NCBI GenBank assembly: GCA_965653675.1
Contig: CBFHBA010000021.1
Span: forward strand, 2,386 to 66,385
Direction of reading: 5' to 3'
Source of the DNA: an uncultured bacterium
GTDB lineage: Bacteria; Acidobacteriota; Blastocatellia; Pyrinomonadales; Pyrinomonadaceae
Length of the DNA: 64,000 nt
Positions 54,953-64,000 of this stretch are shown here, in pieces. A model generated the notes under the pieces. That model saw only the letters and a program-made list of their open reading frames with translations, was not told where the DNA came from and did no database searches. Numbering within the stretch: position 1 is the stretch's first letter; each line of letters begins with the position of its first letter. The position numbers and the translations under genes are program-made.

Positions 54953-55549
54953 ATGTTAACCGGCATAACTTATGATCGCCTTAGGCGTTACGCCAGCGTG
55001 GCGCTTGGCACGGTTATGCTGGCTGCTCTACTTGCCACAACCGTTCCATTCGAGACGCTCGCAAGCGGTCAGATGTGCACGCTTGCCTGTTGCGCCGGTC
55101 GCGCGCCACATGCGGCCGGCTCGTGCATGGATGGTTCATGTCACGCTCTTCTGAAGAATCGAGCCTTCGGTCAATCTCGCTTTCACCATTTTATCTCGGC
55201 TTCCGAGCAATTTTGTGGTCTGACGATTCTGAGAGCACATCTGCACTCTTCCGTTCGGCGAGGAATTGCCGGGAATCGTGTATTGGAACACAAGAACAAT
55301 CAGATCGATTCGAAAGCATCTGTCTCGGCTGGAACAATCGGTCGGCCGTGCGAGCCGAACTGTGGCGCTGGAATATTAAGCTCATCCCGTCCGAGTCGAC
55401 CTCGCCACTCAACCGCGATAGCTCATGCAACCAAGCCTCGACCGCCGTCGATTTCTCTGCAGATTTTATTCAGACTCACCGCCGCGAAATCGCTAAGTGG
55501 TTCTGCGCAGCAATTCTCTCCGCGTGGTCCTCCGATTCCTTCCTCGTAA
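54953..55549 (+). CDS. small secreted Cys/His protein (family P, copy 2; C-terminus possibly frameshifted)
   Basis: Signal-like VALGTVMLAALLATTV, with CTLACCAGRAPHAAGSCMDGSCH. It ends FSPRGPPIPSS, while the neighbouring frame continues ...SFLVKQSI, matching the family C-terminus. Confidence 0.45.
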   Translation: MLTGITYDRLRRYASVALGTVMLAALLATTVPFETLASGQMCTLACCAGRAPHAAGSCMDGSCHALLKNRAFGQSRFHHFISASEQFCGLTILRAHLHSSVRRGIAGNRVLEHKNNQIDSKASVSAGTIGRPCEPNCGAGILSSSRPSRPRHSTAIAHATKPRPPSISLQILFRLTAAKSLSGSAQQFSPRGPPIPSS

Positions 55550-55691
55550 AGCAATCAATCTAATCAAACAGGGAGCGCTCTGGATTGAGTGTGTCAATCA
55601 CTCCTTGGGAATTGGTGTCGTTTTGTGGTGACCTGGTTGCCGCCGATCGATTCTGCCCATCGGCGCACCCAGATCATTCGCCGGGGGAATT

Positions 55692-57905
55692 ATGAAACTT
55701 CATCGGATTCTATTATCAGTAGTTCTGATCAGTTTTGTCGCTATGACGGCGCGAGCTTCGGTCTTTGGCGACGTCAAGGGAGTTGTGCTTGATCCGCAGC
55801 AGCGTTCGATAGCGGCTGCCGAGGTAACACTGCAGGCGCGCTCATCATCATTTGAGCGCACAACCACCACAGACGGTGCCGGCGAATTCTCATTCCGCGC
55901 AGTTCCGGTCGGGGAATATTCAATCAACATTGAATCGAGCGGATTCGCTAAATCGACCGTCACTTTGACTGTGTTGTCCGATCGCGCCACGGTGTTGAAA
56001 GTCCTGTTGAAGATTGCGCCCATATCCCAACGAGTCACCGTTACCGCGTCACCAGGTCGCGTTGATTCAAGCGGTTCTACACCTGTGACGCTAGTCAGCC
56101 GTCAACAGATCGCTCAGACGCCGGGCGCGGACCGCACTAACAGCCTGGCAATGATCACCGATTTCGTCCCGGGATCGTACGTAACTCACAATCAACTTCA
56201 TATTCGCGGTGGACATCAAGTGACGTGGCTGGTTGATGGTGTTCCTATTGCTAACACCAGCATCGCCGACACAGTTGGGCCGCAATTTGATCCTAAAGAC
56301 ATTGATTATCTTGAGGTGCAACGCGGCAGCTACACGGCCGAGTATGGCGATCGGACCTATGCAATGTTCAATCTGGTTCCGCGCAGCGGCTTTGAGGGTA
56401 ATCGGGAAGCCGAGCTGATGATCTCTTATGGAAACTTCAATCAGACCAATGAGCACTTGAGTTTTGCCAGTCATTCGAAGCGGTTTGCTTATTATGCAAG
56501 CATCAATGGTAATCGCAGCGACTACGGTCTGGGGACTCCAATCCCAGCCGTGATTCACGATCGGAGTAATGGCTTAGGCGGCTTTACCTCGCTTCTCTAC
56601 AACCCAAACACAAAGGATCAGGTCCGGCTGGTCGCCGCAATTCGCCGAGACTTCTTTCAGGTACCGAACGATGAGGACGCGCAACGCGATGGTATCCGCG
56701 ATATTGAGCGTGAGCGCGATGGCTTCGTTAACTTCACTTGGGTGCGAACGATTAATAACAGACTGCTGTTGACCGTCTCGCCTTTCTATCATTACAACCG
56801 CGCTGCTTTCATTGGCGGGCAGAATGATACGCCGGTCAGCACCCGCGACGAGAGGACTTCACAATATGGTGGCGCACAAATTGTACTGAGTGCGCTAACC
56901 GAACATCACAATGCAAAGTTTGGCTTTTATGGTTTCTTACAGCGTGATTCGACGCTGTTTGGATTACGGGGGACCAACGGGAACGCAGTCGACTTGCAGA
57001 GTCGCGTCAACCCGCAGGGAAATCTCGAGGTGCTCTTTGTCGAAGATCAGTTTAGGCCGACCGCGTGGCTTACTGTAAGTGGCGGTCTGCGCGGAACTCG
57101 CTTTCACGGCTTGTTAAATGAGAACGCAACGAGTCCGCGCGCCGGCCTCGCGATCAGATTGCCTCGTGTCAATTTTGTAATTCACGGATTCTATGGCCGC
57201 TATTATCAAGCGCCTCCGCTCTCAACTGTTTCGGGTCCACTTCTGCAATTTGCGTTAGCTCAAGGGTTCGCTTTCATCCCGTTGCGAGGGGAGCGCGATG
57301 AAGAATATCAATTCGGATTGACGGTTCCGATTAAAGGTTGGACGATTGATGGCGGATATTTTCGCACGAGAGCCAAGAACTTCTTCGACCATGATGCGCT
57401 GGGTAATTCAAACATCTTCTTCCCGCTCACGATCGAGCAGGTTTTCGTTCGTGCTTTTGAATTAACAGCTCAATCGCCTGAACTTTTTCATCATGCGCAT
57501 TTTCACCTCGCTTATTCACGTCAGAAAGTTCAGGGTCGCGGCGGAGTGACGGGTGGGCTAACAGATTTCTCTCCACCGGCAGATCTGTTCTTTCTTGATC
57601 ACGACCAGCGTCACACTCTGAGTACGGGCTTCACGATCAGTTTGCCGTCGAGGAGTTACATTTCAGGAAACGTAATTTATGGCTCAGGATTTCTTGATGG
57701 CGACGGACCGGACCACCTGCCCGGGCATCTGACGGTAGACCTTTCTTTCGCAAAAGGCTTTGGCGAGAAGTGGCTGGTGGCACTGCAAACGGTCAATGTC
57801 ACTAACAAGAGGTTCCTGCTGGACAAAAGCAACACTTTCGGTGGAACTCACTTCAACGACCCGCGACAGATATACGTTGAAGTGCGATATCGCTTTCACT
57901 ACTGA
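55692..57905 (+). CDS. TonB-dependent receptor with an N-terminal carboxypeptidase-regulatory-like domain
   Basis: 737 aa with a signal peptide. GVVLDPQQRSIAAAEVTL...TDGAGEFSFRAVPVGEY (CarboxypepD_reg look), a plug region (DFVPGSY..., IRGG) and a long beta-barrel. Confidence 0.85.
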   Translation: MKLHRILLSVVLISFVAMTARASVFGDVKGVVLDPQQRSIAAAEVTLQARSSSFERTTTTDGAGEFSFRAVPVGEYSINIESSGFAKSTVTLTVLSDRATVLKVLLKIAPISQRVTVTASPGRVDSSGSTPVTLVSRQQIAQTPGADRTNSLAMITDFVPGSYVTHNQLHIRGGHQVTWLVDGVPIANTSIADTVGPQFDPKDIDYLEVQRGSYTAEYGDRTYAMFNLVPRSGFEGNREAELMISYGNFNQTNEHLSFASHSKRFAYYASINGNRSDYGLGTPIPAVIHDRSNGLGGFTSLLYNPNTKDQVRLVAAIRRDFFQVPNDEDAQRDGIRDIERERDGFVNFTWVRTINNRLLLTVSPFYHYNRAAFIGGQNDTPVSTRDERTSQYGGAQIVLSALTEHHNAKFGFYGFLQRDSTLFGLRGTNGNAVDLQSRVNPQGNLEVLFVEDQFRPTAWLTVSGGLRGTRFHGLLNENATSPRAGLAIRLPRVNFVIHGFYGRYYQAPPLSTVSGPLLQFALAQGFAFIPLRGERDEEYQFGLTVPIKGWTIDGGYFRTRAKNFFDHDALGNSNIFFPLTIEQVFVRAFELTAQSPELFHHAHFHLAYSRQKVQGRGGVTGGLTDFSPPADLFFLDHDQRHTLSTGFTISLPSRSYISGNVIYGSGFLDGDGPDHLPGHLTVDLSFAKGFGEKWLVALQTVNVTNKRFLLDKSNTFGGTHFNDPRQIYVEVRYRFHY

Positions 57906-58081
57906 ACTCAGTGTAATAGTCAAAAACATTCCAGTTTACTGCCGTTCTCAGTCCTGAGGCGCATGCGGCGATTCAAAGGCCCTTGTAGTTGTTGCCGTTT
58001 GATGTCGCCGCGAAGATTTCTCGATAATCCGATGTGGCATTGATAACTGCGCCATTTCACCAAAGCCGGTAGAATGGTGTG

Positions 58082-58261
58082 ATGGTTAATATTGCTCCTC
58101 AACCAGTTACTTTATGGTTAAAGGCGTTAATGGTCGCAGCTTTATTAGTCTCTGCAACACTGGCCCAACATCAACACCGGATGCCGATGCCTTCGCCCAC
58201 ACCGAAAGCTTCGCCGTCACCGACTCCCGCGCAGACAATGCCAGGTATGCCGATGTGGTGA
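58082..58261 (+). CDS. small secreted His/Met/Pro-rich peptide (family S, copy 2)
   Basis: LKALMVAALLVSATLAQHQHRMPMPSPTPKASPSPTPAQTMPGMPMW. The HxH-R-MPMPSP-TPK block is shared with 54501..54689. Confidence 0.5.
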   Translation: MVNIAPQPVTLWLKALMVAALLVSATLAQHQHRMPMPSPTPKASPSPTPAQTMPGMPMW

Positions 58262-58271
58262 TTCGTGCGAA

Positions 58272-58397
58272 ATGAAAGAAGGCGCGCATTACACCACGAC
58301 AAGCGCTTCGGCGGACAAACACGAATGCTGCTGTGGCGGCGATTCGTGCAACATGAAAGACATGAAGAACATGAAGGAGATGAAACCAAAGCCATAA
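58272..58397 (+). CDS. 41-aa Cys/Met/Lys-rich peptide (below the ORF-track cutoff)
   Basis: Manual translation gives MKEGAHYTTTSASADKHECCCGGDSCNMKDMKNMKEMKPKP. It starts 10 nt after the preceding stop, with no clear SD sequence. Confidence 0.35.
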   Translation: MKEGAHYTTTSASADKHECCCGGDSCNMKDMKNMKEMKPKP

Positions 58398-58524
58398 GGC
58401 TGACGGTGAAGTTCATCCTTCACTCAACGGGCGCGGCGCTAAGACAGGTCGCGCCCAAAAATCGAGAGCGTTCGGCAACAACAATATAGTATAGTGATGG
58501 CAGTTCCCCGTTAACCAGCACGCC

Positions 58525-59052
58525 ATGCGAAGACGATCTATGTATGCAATTCTACTGATGTTGGCATTCTTGCTGAGTGCGTGGAGTAATGTGATCGCCG
58601 CCGCCTTTTGTCCTCGATATCAGGCGCGCAATTGTTTAGTTAAACCCAACTCTAAATTAACGAGGGTCAGTCAGCAATCATGTCACCATGAAATCGCCGA
58701 CATGCAGATGGACGATATGATCGCAGACGATTCATCCGCTCAAACAGAAAGCACGACGGTTGCAAACAATCAGAACCCGACTGATGGTACAGAATCCTCG
58801 ATCGACGAGACCGCGCTCGATCGTCAGAATGAACCGTGCGGGCATTGCTGGATGCACTCGCAGCCGACTTCGGGCAGCACCATACTCGCAGCACTTAATC
58901 CAACGTCACGATCCGTTGAAGTTCCTGCGCCGCTCGCGAGCATCACTATTGCTTTGAGTTTCCCGAATCCGGGGGTCATTGAGCCATTTGAGCACAGTCC
59001 GCCCGGCAATTCATTTCCTCGCCACATTCTCATCAACGTCTTCAGAATTTAG
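58525..59052 (+). CDS. small secreted Cys/His protein (family P, copy 3)
   Basis: Signal peptide MYAILLMLAFLLSAWSNVIAAA, with CPRYQARNC, SCHHE and CGHCWMH. C-terminus HSPPGNSFPRHILINVFRI. Confidence 0.5.
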   Translation: MRRRSMYAILLMLAFLLSAWSNVIAAAFCPRYQARNCLVKPNSKLTRVSQQSCHHEIADMQMDDMIADDSSAQTESTTVANNQNPTDGTESSIDETALDRQNEPCGHCWMHSQPTSGSTILAALNPTSRSVEVPAPLASITIALSFPNPGVIEPFEHSPPGNSFPRHILINVFRI

Positions 59053-59149
59053 CTTCCAAAAAGTACTTCGGTAATTTTGCGCGGACGTGTGCCTTCGTGT
59101 GCACCCGCCTCGTGACTTTGTTTTTGCGAGCAAGTTCGACAGGGGAACT

Positions 59150-61024
59150 ATGAAAAAGTTGTGTTTTGGCGCTTTTGTCCGAACGATGGGATCGAGCGCA
59201 ATGATCGTCGCAACGCTAGTACTTTCATCAACTCACATTGCAAGTTCGCAGCACCATGACATGCAGAACATGCCGGGCATGAACATGTCGAAGTCTAAGG
59301 CTAAGACAAAACGGAAGGTTACAAGCAAGCGACGTAAGTCCACGCGAGCGCGGCGGCCATCTGCGAATAAACATCAGATGAACAATATGCCGGGCATGAA
59401 GATGCCGAGCAATCAACCCTCGACAACGAAGCCAACTTCCCAGGCGTCGCCGCCGATGCGGATGAACATGCCAGGCATGAAAATGCCGTCGGCTTCACCA
59501 AATCCGCAGGCCTCACCGCCACCGAAGATGGAAATGAATATGCCTATGCAGATGCCGAGTCCGTCGCCGGGAGCATCTCCAAAGATGGAAATGAACATGC
59601 CCGGAATGCAGATGCCGTCAGCTTCGCCAAAACCGCAGGCGTCACCGCAGATGCCGATGAATATGCCGATGCCGGGCGCAAGCCCTTCGGCAAGTCCGAT
59701 GGGCCAAATGCCTGGAATGAACATGCCCGGCATGAGTATGGGCGGCATGAATATGAACATGGGGCCGCTGCTCGTAATGAACGGCGATGACATGGGCATT
59801 CGCGTCGGCTCAAGTGAGCGAAACATCCTGTCGATGGGGGCAATGGGTTCAGGGACTTCGTGGCAGCCATCATCTGCGCCGATGTACATGCAACACTGGA
59901 ACAAGAACGATTGGCTCGTGATGTTTCACTACAACGTTTTCGTCGACGTGAATCACCAGGGCGGCCCGCGCGGCGTTACAAAATTCGAGTCGGCGAACTG
60001 GTTTATGCCGATGGCTTATCACAAGCTGGGCAAAGGCACTCTGCAACTGCGCGCCATGTTCAGCGCTGAGCCGTTCACTTTTCCACCCGGCGGATCGCCG
60101 CTGCTGTTTCAAACTGGGGAGACTTACAAGGGCCAGCCGCTCATCGACCGCCAGCATCCGCACGATCTCTTCATGGAGTTGTCGGCACAGTACACGCATC
60201 CGCTTGGCGAGCGCGGTACCTGGTTCACTTACTTCGGTTACCCAGGCGAGCCGGCGTTAGGGCCAGTCGCTTTCATGCATCGCGCATCAGCTTCCGAGAA
60301 CCCTTCAGCGACGCTCGCGCATCATTTACAGGATTCGACGCACATTAGCTTTGGTGTGCTGACGACGGGATTCACGTATCGCTGGTTCAAATTGGAAGGT
60401 TCGATTTTCAACGGTCGCGAACCGGACGAAAATCGTTACGACTTTGACGCGCACAAGTGGAACTCGCATTCGGCGCGATTGAGTTTCGCTCCGAACAAGA
60501 ATTGGACCGCACAAGTTAGTTATGGTTTCCTGAAAAGTCCCGAGAATCAAGAACCGGACGCCGACGTGGAGCGGACGACGGCTTCGCTTCAATACAATCG
60601 TCCGATCAATCGTGGCAATTGGGCGACCGCCTTCATCTGGGGACGAAATCATGTTCACAATGGCGTCACGATCCACCACCTGAATGGCTACACATTTGAA
60701 TCGACGCTGAATTTTCTCGACAAGAATTATTTGTACACGCGGCTTGAACTGGTCGATAAAGATGACTTGCTGCGAACGACAGACCTTGCGCTACTCGGGA
60801 TCAAGCAAACACATCCATCGTTTCGCATCGGCGCGTACACGTTCGGCGGCGCGCGTAATGTCTGGAATACGAATAAGATTTTGCTGGCAGTCGGCGGCGA
60901 CGTGACGTTCTATTCAAAGCCGACGATTCTCGATCCGATTTATGGCGACAGCCCGATTTCCTGGAAGTTGTTTCTGCGTCTGCGGCCGGCGAAAATGGAC
61001 ATGAGTCAACACACTATGCATTGA
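59150..61024 (+). CDS. Met-rich (MPGM.MP repeat) secreted protein with a large C-terminal beta-barrel-like domain (CopB-like in architecture only)
   Basis: The start is taken at ATG 59150 (MKKLCFGAF...). About 170 aa of NMPGM(K/N/Q)MPSASP.PQASP repeats are followed by ~420 aa rich in alternating aromatic/Gly strands that end near the C-terminus. Confidence 0.6.
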   Translation: MKKLCFGAFVRTMGSSAMIVATLVLSSTHIASSQHHDMQNMPGMNMSKSKAKTKRKVTSKRRKSTRARRPSANKHQMNNMPGMKMPSNQPSTTKPTSQASPPMRMNMPGMKMPSASPNPQASPPPKMEMNMPMQMPSPSPGASPKMEMNMPGMQMPSASPKPQASPQMPMNMPMPGASPSASPMGQMPGMNMPGMSMGGMNMNMGPLLVMNGDDMGIRVGSSERNILSMGAMGSGTSWQPSSAPMYMQHWNKNDWLVMFHYNVFVDVNHQGGPRGVTKFESANWFMPMAYHKLGKGTLQLRAMFSAEPFTFPPGGSPLLFQTGETYKGQPLIDRQHPHDLFMELSAQYTHPLGERGTWFTYFGYPGEPALGPVAFMHRASASENPSATLAHHLQDSTHISFGVLTTGFTYRWFKLEGSIFNGREPDENRYDFDAHKWNSHSARLSFAPNKNWTAQVSYGFLKSPENQEPDADVERTTASLQYNRPINRGNWATAFIWGRNHVHNGVTIHHLNGYTFESTLNFLDKNYLYTRLELVDKDDLLRTTDLALLGIKQTHPSFRIGAYTFGGARNVWNTNKILLAVGGDVTFYSKPTILDPIYGDSPISWKLFLRLRPAKMDMSQHTMH

Positions 61025-61067
61025 CCACATTCGTTAAAAGCAACAAACGAATGGCGATGCAAATCGA

Positions 61068-61913
61068 ATGACTAACCAAACTGAGACAAACGATACGCTG
61101 CGTCAATGGCGTGACTCCGCACCTTTCTGGGCAAAACACCGCGCGACCATTTGCACCATGTTTGCGCCGCTGACCGAAGCGCTAATCGAAGACACTCGAA
61201 TCGAGAAGGGGCATTCTGTCCTCGATGTGGCGGGTGGGCCGGGCGAGCCGTCTCTGACGATTGCGCAAACTACCGGTGAATCAGGATCGGTGATCTGCAC
61301 GGATGCCATAGCTGAAATGGTCGAGACCGCCGCAGCCGAGGCACGTGCACGAGGGCTAACGAACATCACGTTTCGCCAGTGCCCGGCTGAGTCCTTACCG
61401 TTTCCAGATAATTCATTCGATCGGGTGGTGAGCCGATTGGGCGCAATGTTTTTCCCCGACGAAGCGTTCGGTCAGATTCTGCGAGTGACAAAACCGGGCG
61501 GCCATGTGGGCTTCGTTGTATGGGATAAGAGCGAACTGAATCCCTTTTCTTATCTCATCACGAATGTGATGTCTCGCTACACTGGGGACGTGGCGGCTGA
61601 GCTGAGTGTGCCGGGCGCGTTTCGCTTCGCAGAAGAAGGGAAGCTCGTCGCAATACTTAAGGACGCGGGTGCGATCAACGATCGCGAACGGATTTTGAAA
61701 TTCCAGATTGCCGCGCCGATTTCGCCCGAGGAGTTTTGGGAGATGCGAGCGGGAACTTCCGAGACTTTGCGCGCGAAACTCGCAACGTTATCTGAGTCGG
61801 ACAGACTGATAGTTGCGGACGAGGTAAAACTTGCGGTGCGGGAATACTTTCCAAACAATCAAATGAGGTTTCCTGCACAAGTGCGCATCGTGACAGCCTC
61901 AAAGCCGGCCTGA
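61068..61913 (+). CDS. class I SAM-dependent methyltransferase
   Basis: VLDVAGGPGEPS motif I, and the VVSRLGAMFF / KPGGHVGFVVW post-I/II blocks. Confidence 0.8.
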   Translation: MTNQTETNDTLRQWRDSAPFWAKHRATICTMFAPLTEALIEDTRIEKGHSVLDVAGGPGEPSLTIAQTTGESGSVICTDAIAEMVETAAAEARARGLTNITFRQCPAESLPFPDNSFDRVVSRLGAMFFPDEAFGQILRVTKPGGHVGFVVWDKSELNPFSYLITNVMSRYTGDVAAELSVPGAFRFAEEGKLVAILKDAGAINDRERILKFQIAAPISPEEFWEMRAGTSETLRAKLATLSESDRLIVADEVKLAVREYFPNNQMRFPAQVRIVTASKPA

Positions 61914-61995
61914 TTGAGCTACAGAGGCGGCGCGCCGCACGCCGCCCCGTCAGTCATAATCCTGAAGAATTGATCGCGGTGAGAGGAAGCGCGAA

Positions 61996-62148
61996 CTAGA
62001 CGACAGTACGGCGGCCGGACAGTAGGTTTATCACCAGCACTATGATCGCGAGCACCAGCAACAAGTGGATGAAGCCACCCAGCGTGTAACTCGACACGAG
62101 TCCTACCAGCCACAATACCAACAGAATCACAAAAATCGTCCAAAGCAT
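61996..62148 (-). CDS. lmo0937-family small membrane protein (50 aa, below the ORF-track cutoff)
   Basis: Manual reverse translation gives MLWTIFVILLVLWLVGLVSSYTLGGFIHLLLVLAIIVLVINLLSGRRTVV. GGAGG lies 8 nt upstream. Confidence 0.7.
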   Translation of the reverse strand: MLWTIFVILLVLWLVGLVSSYTLGGFIHLLLVLAIIVLVINLLSGRRTVV

Positions 62149-62589
62149 TTTCGTTTACCTCCTCGAAGGGAATTCGCTCGATTATCTGAGGTGGCAACCG
62201 GTATGCCCTACTAAAACGTCTCTGTTGGAACGCATTTTTTCAATGTTCGCCGGAGTTGCCTTGAATTAAGACGTTGCGAACGACGAAGAAAGTGTACGGA
62301 ACTATGGCGGAACAATGAGCGGGGGGCGGGAACGGCTTACGTATTAACCCTTGATGAACGCTCGCGGCATCATTGTGAAATTTCATTCGCGATCGAATTA
62401 CGTTTGTGTGATTTAAGGCTGGACTTGTTCACAACGTTATGGCTAAATGACTTCGCTCGTGTTTACTACGAGCGACTAGGGTTTCGTTAGCTCCCGACAC
62501 ACCTTCGCTTCCAATCCTCTAGTTCCTTTTGACTTAATCCATTTAATGGAGGCGCCTGACGGAGGCATTGCTCCGTCAGGAAGAAATTT

Positions 62590-64000
62590 ATGAGTTTCCG
62601 TATTCAAAAGCTGGCCGGTCGATCTCAGAAAGCGACCGTCGCTGTTCTCATCCTCAGCATCACCGTCCTCGCCGCTGCCTCGATCTCGCTTAAGCGATAT
62701 CGGAGCGCGAAGTCCACCGCAGCAAGAATTAACTACTCTGAACTGTATGCGATCGCGGAAGCGGGCTCAGTCGCATCAGTCGTCGTCGACGGTGATTCGG
62801 TGATCGTCACAAAAACAGATGCGACACGAATTGAAAGCACGGTGGCGGGCGAGTCGTTTCGGCAAACTATTGTCGAGATGTTCCGGAAGAACCATGTCTC
62901 CGTCGAGTTTGCGTCAACGCAACCAAATTTCGCGATTGGGGCACTCACCTATTCATGGCCCTTTCTGGTTCTGGCGTTGTTTGGGCTTGTCGGGTGGCGA
63001 GTCCACGCGACCATCAATGGCCGCACCGGCGGCTTCAATCTCTCCGACTACAGCGGCAAGCAAGACGCTACATTTGCTGATGTCGCCGGCGTCGATGAAG
63101 CAAAAGCGGAATTAGCTGAGACGATCGAATTCCTTCGCGATCCCGTCGGCTTTGGGCGACTTGGTGGACGTGCTCCGCGTGGCGTTTTGTTGTATGGACC
63201 GCCCGGAACCGGTAAGACTCTGCTCGCGCGCGCTGCCGCCGGAGAAGCAGGCGTGCCCTTCCTTTCAGTCTCAGGATCCAGTTTTCAGGAAAAATTTGTC
63301 GGCGTCGGGGCGGCGCGTGTGAGACGACTCTTCGCGCGGGCGCGAAAACTCTCGCCTTGCATTATCTTCATCGATGAAATCGACGCCCTTGGCCGGCAGC
63401 GCGGACGTTCTAATGACTCCGGCTCAGCCGATCAGGATCAGACTTTGAATCAGCTTTTGATCGAGATGGACGGTTTCGATCAAACGTCCAGCATCGTCGT
63501 CATCGGCTCGACGAATCGTCCCGATGTTTTGGATCAGGCGCTGACTAGGCCTGGCCGTTTCGATCGCGAAATCATGGTGAACCTCGCCGACGTGCGTGGG
63601 CGCGAAGAGATTCTGAAAGTGCACGCGCGGAGGATCCCGCTGGAGCGCGATCTCCAATTGAATTGGATCGCGCGCGGCACGCCTGGCTTTTCCGGCGCCG
63701 ATCTGGCAAACCTGCTGAATGAAGCCGCGATCGCCGCTACTCGGCACGGCCAGGACGCGGTTGCGCGCCAGCATGTCGAGTACGCGCGCGACAAAATCCT
63801 GATGGGCGCTGAACGTCAGGGGTTCATGATGGACGAAGACGAGCGCTATGCGACGGCCGTTCACGAAGCAGGTCACGTCGCCGTCGGGCTCGCTGTTGAA
63901 AACAGCGATCCGATTCACAAGGTTTCGATCCTGCCGCGCGGTCGCGCGCTGGGGGTGACGCAAGCTTTGCCGGAACGCGATCGCTTCATGAAGAAACGCG
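62590..64000 (+). CDS. ftsH: ATP-dependent zinc metalloprotease FtsH (N-terminal ~470 codons; runs off the right edge)
   Basis: The reading frame from ATG 62590 stays open to the window end. [18 protein letters not shown] Walker [10 protein letters not shown] Walker B, the [22 protein letters not shown], and the zinc motif HEAGH. Confidence 0.9.
   Translation, partial: MSFRIQKLAGRSQKATVAVLILSITVLAAASISLKRYRSAKSTAARINYSELYAIAEAGSVASVVVDGDSVIVTKTDATRIESTVAGESFRQTIVEMFRKNHVSVEFASTQPNFAIGALTYSWPFLVLALFGLVGWRVHATINGRTGGFNLSDYSGKQDATFADVAGVDEAKAELAETIEFLRDPVGFGRLGGRAPRGVLLYGPPGTGKTLLARAAAGEAGVPFLSVSGSSFQEKFVGVGAARVRRLFARARKLSPCIIFIDEIDALGRQRGRSNDSGSADQDQTLNQLLIEMDGFDQTSSIVVIGSTNRPDVLDQALTRPGRFDREIMVNLADVRGREEILKVHARRIPLERDLQLNWIARGTPGFSGADLANLLNEAAIAATRHGQDAVARQHVEYARDKILMGAERQGFMMDEDERYATAVHEAGHVAVGLAVENSDPIHKVSILPRGRALGVTQALPERDRFMKKR

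Noticed and set aside
63424-63963. 179-aa minus-strand ORF.
   Set aside because: It is antisense to the FtsH AAA+/protease region, whose plus-strand frame carries the Walker A/B, SRH and HEAGH motifs.

Overview
This is a 64-kb stretch of a moderately GC-rich bacterial chromosome. Gene content, TonB-dependent receptors with a CarboxypepD_reg-type N-terminus and the many palindromic intergenic repeats suggest Acidobacteriota, but that is inference only. All calls come from reading the ORF translations and the DNA by eye; no searches were run.

Left to right the window contains:
- Housekeeping genes: partial citrate synthase, a GNAT/ADP-forming acyl-CoA synthetase fusion and a DksA/TraR zinc-finger protein.
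- A benzoyl-CoA-reductase-type four-subunit cluster (two HGD-D subunits plus two HgdC/BcrAD-type ATPases). It sits next to a BadH-like SDR and an amidohydrolase_2 protein. Three palindromic repeats lie between its genes, and an in-frame TAA splits the last ATPase.
- A small accessory patch: a secreted amidohydrolase, a DUF4111 gene remnant, a zinc-ribbon membrane protein, and a secreted-protein gene flanked by direct repeats.
- A minus-strand block: GCS2-type ligase with CBS domains, a small Cys protein, a Cys-rich membrane protein, an NtrC-type regulator and a PAS histidine kinase.
- A roughly 15-kb minus-strand multihaem cytochrome supercluster (about 57 CXXCH motifs counted by eye in eight ORFs), which I consider the most interesting system here. 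Its order is Crp/Fnr regulator, MtrA-like decahaem, MtrB/PioB-sized beta-barrel, Rieske, cytochrome b, three nonahaem cytochromes, a tetrahaem c3, a monohaem c, a CbcL-like nonahaem/cytochrome b fusion, and an ImcH-like NapC/NirT cytochrome.
- Cysteine synthase, feoAB, PFOR (nifJ) and a DHOD-like gene.
- A copper/silver island: cusA with its three-Met site conserved, TolC-like and MFP genes, a FixH-like lipoprotein, a TonB receptor, small His/Met and Cys peptides, three paralogous small secreted Cys proteins, and a Met-rich beta-barrel-like protein.
- A methyltransferase, an lmo0937-type miniprotein and partial ftsH.

At least eight palindromic MITE/REP-like elements from several sequence families are scattered between genes. 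Two of them sit in frame inside signal-peptide coding regions. A roughly 170-nt dispersed element carrying a terminator-like hairpin occurs twice. No rRNA genes, tRNA genes, CRISPR arrays, transposases or integrases were recognised.
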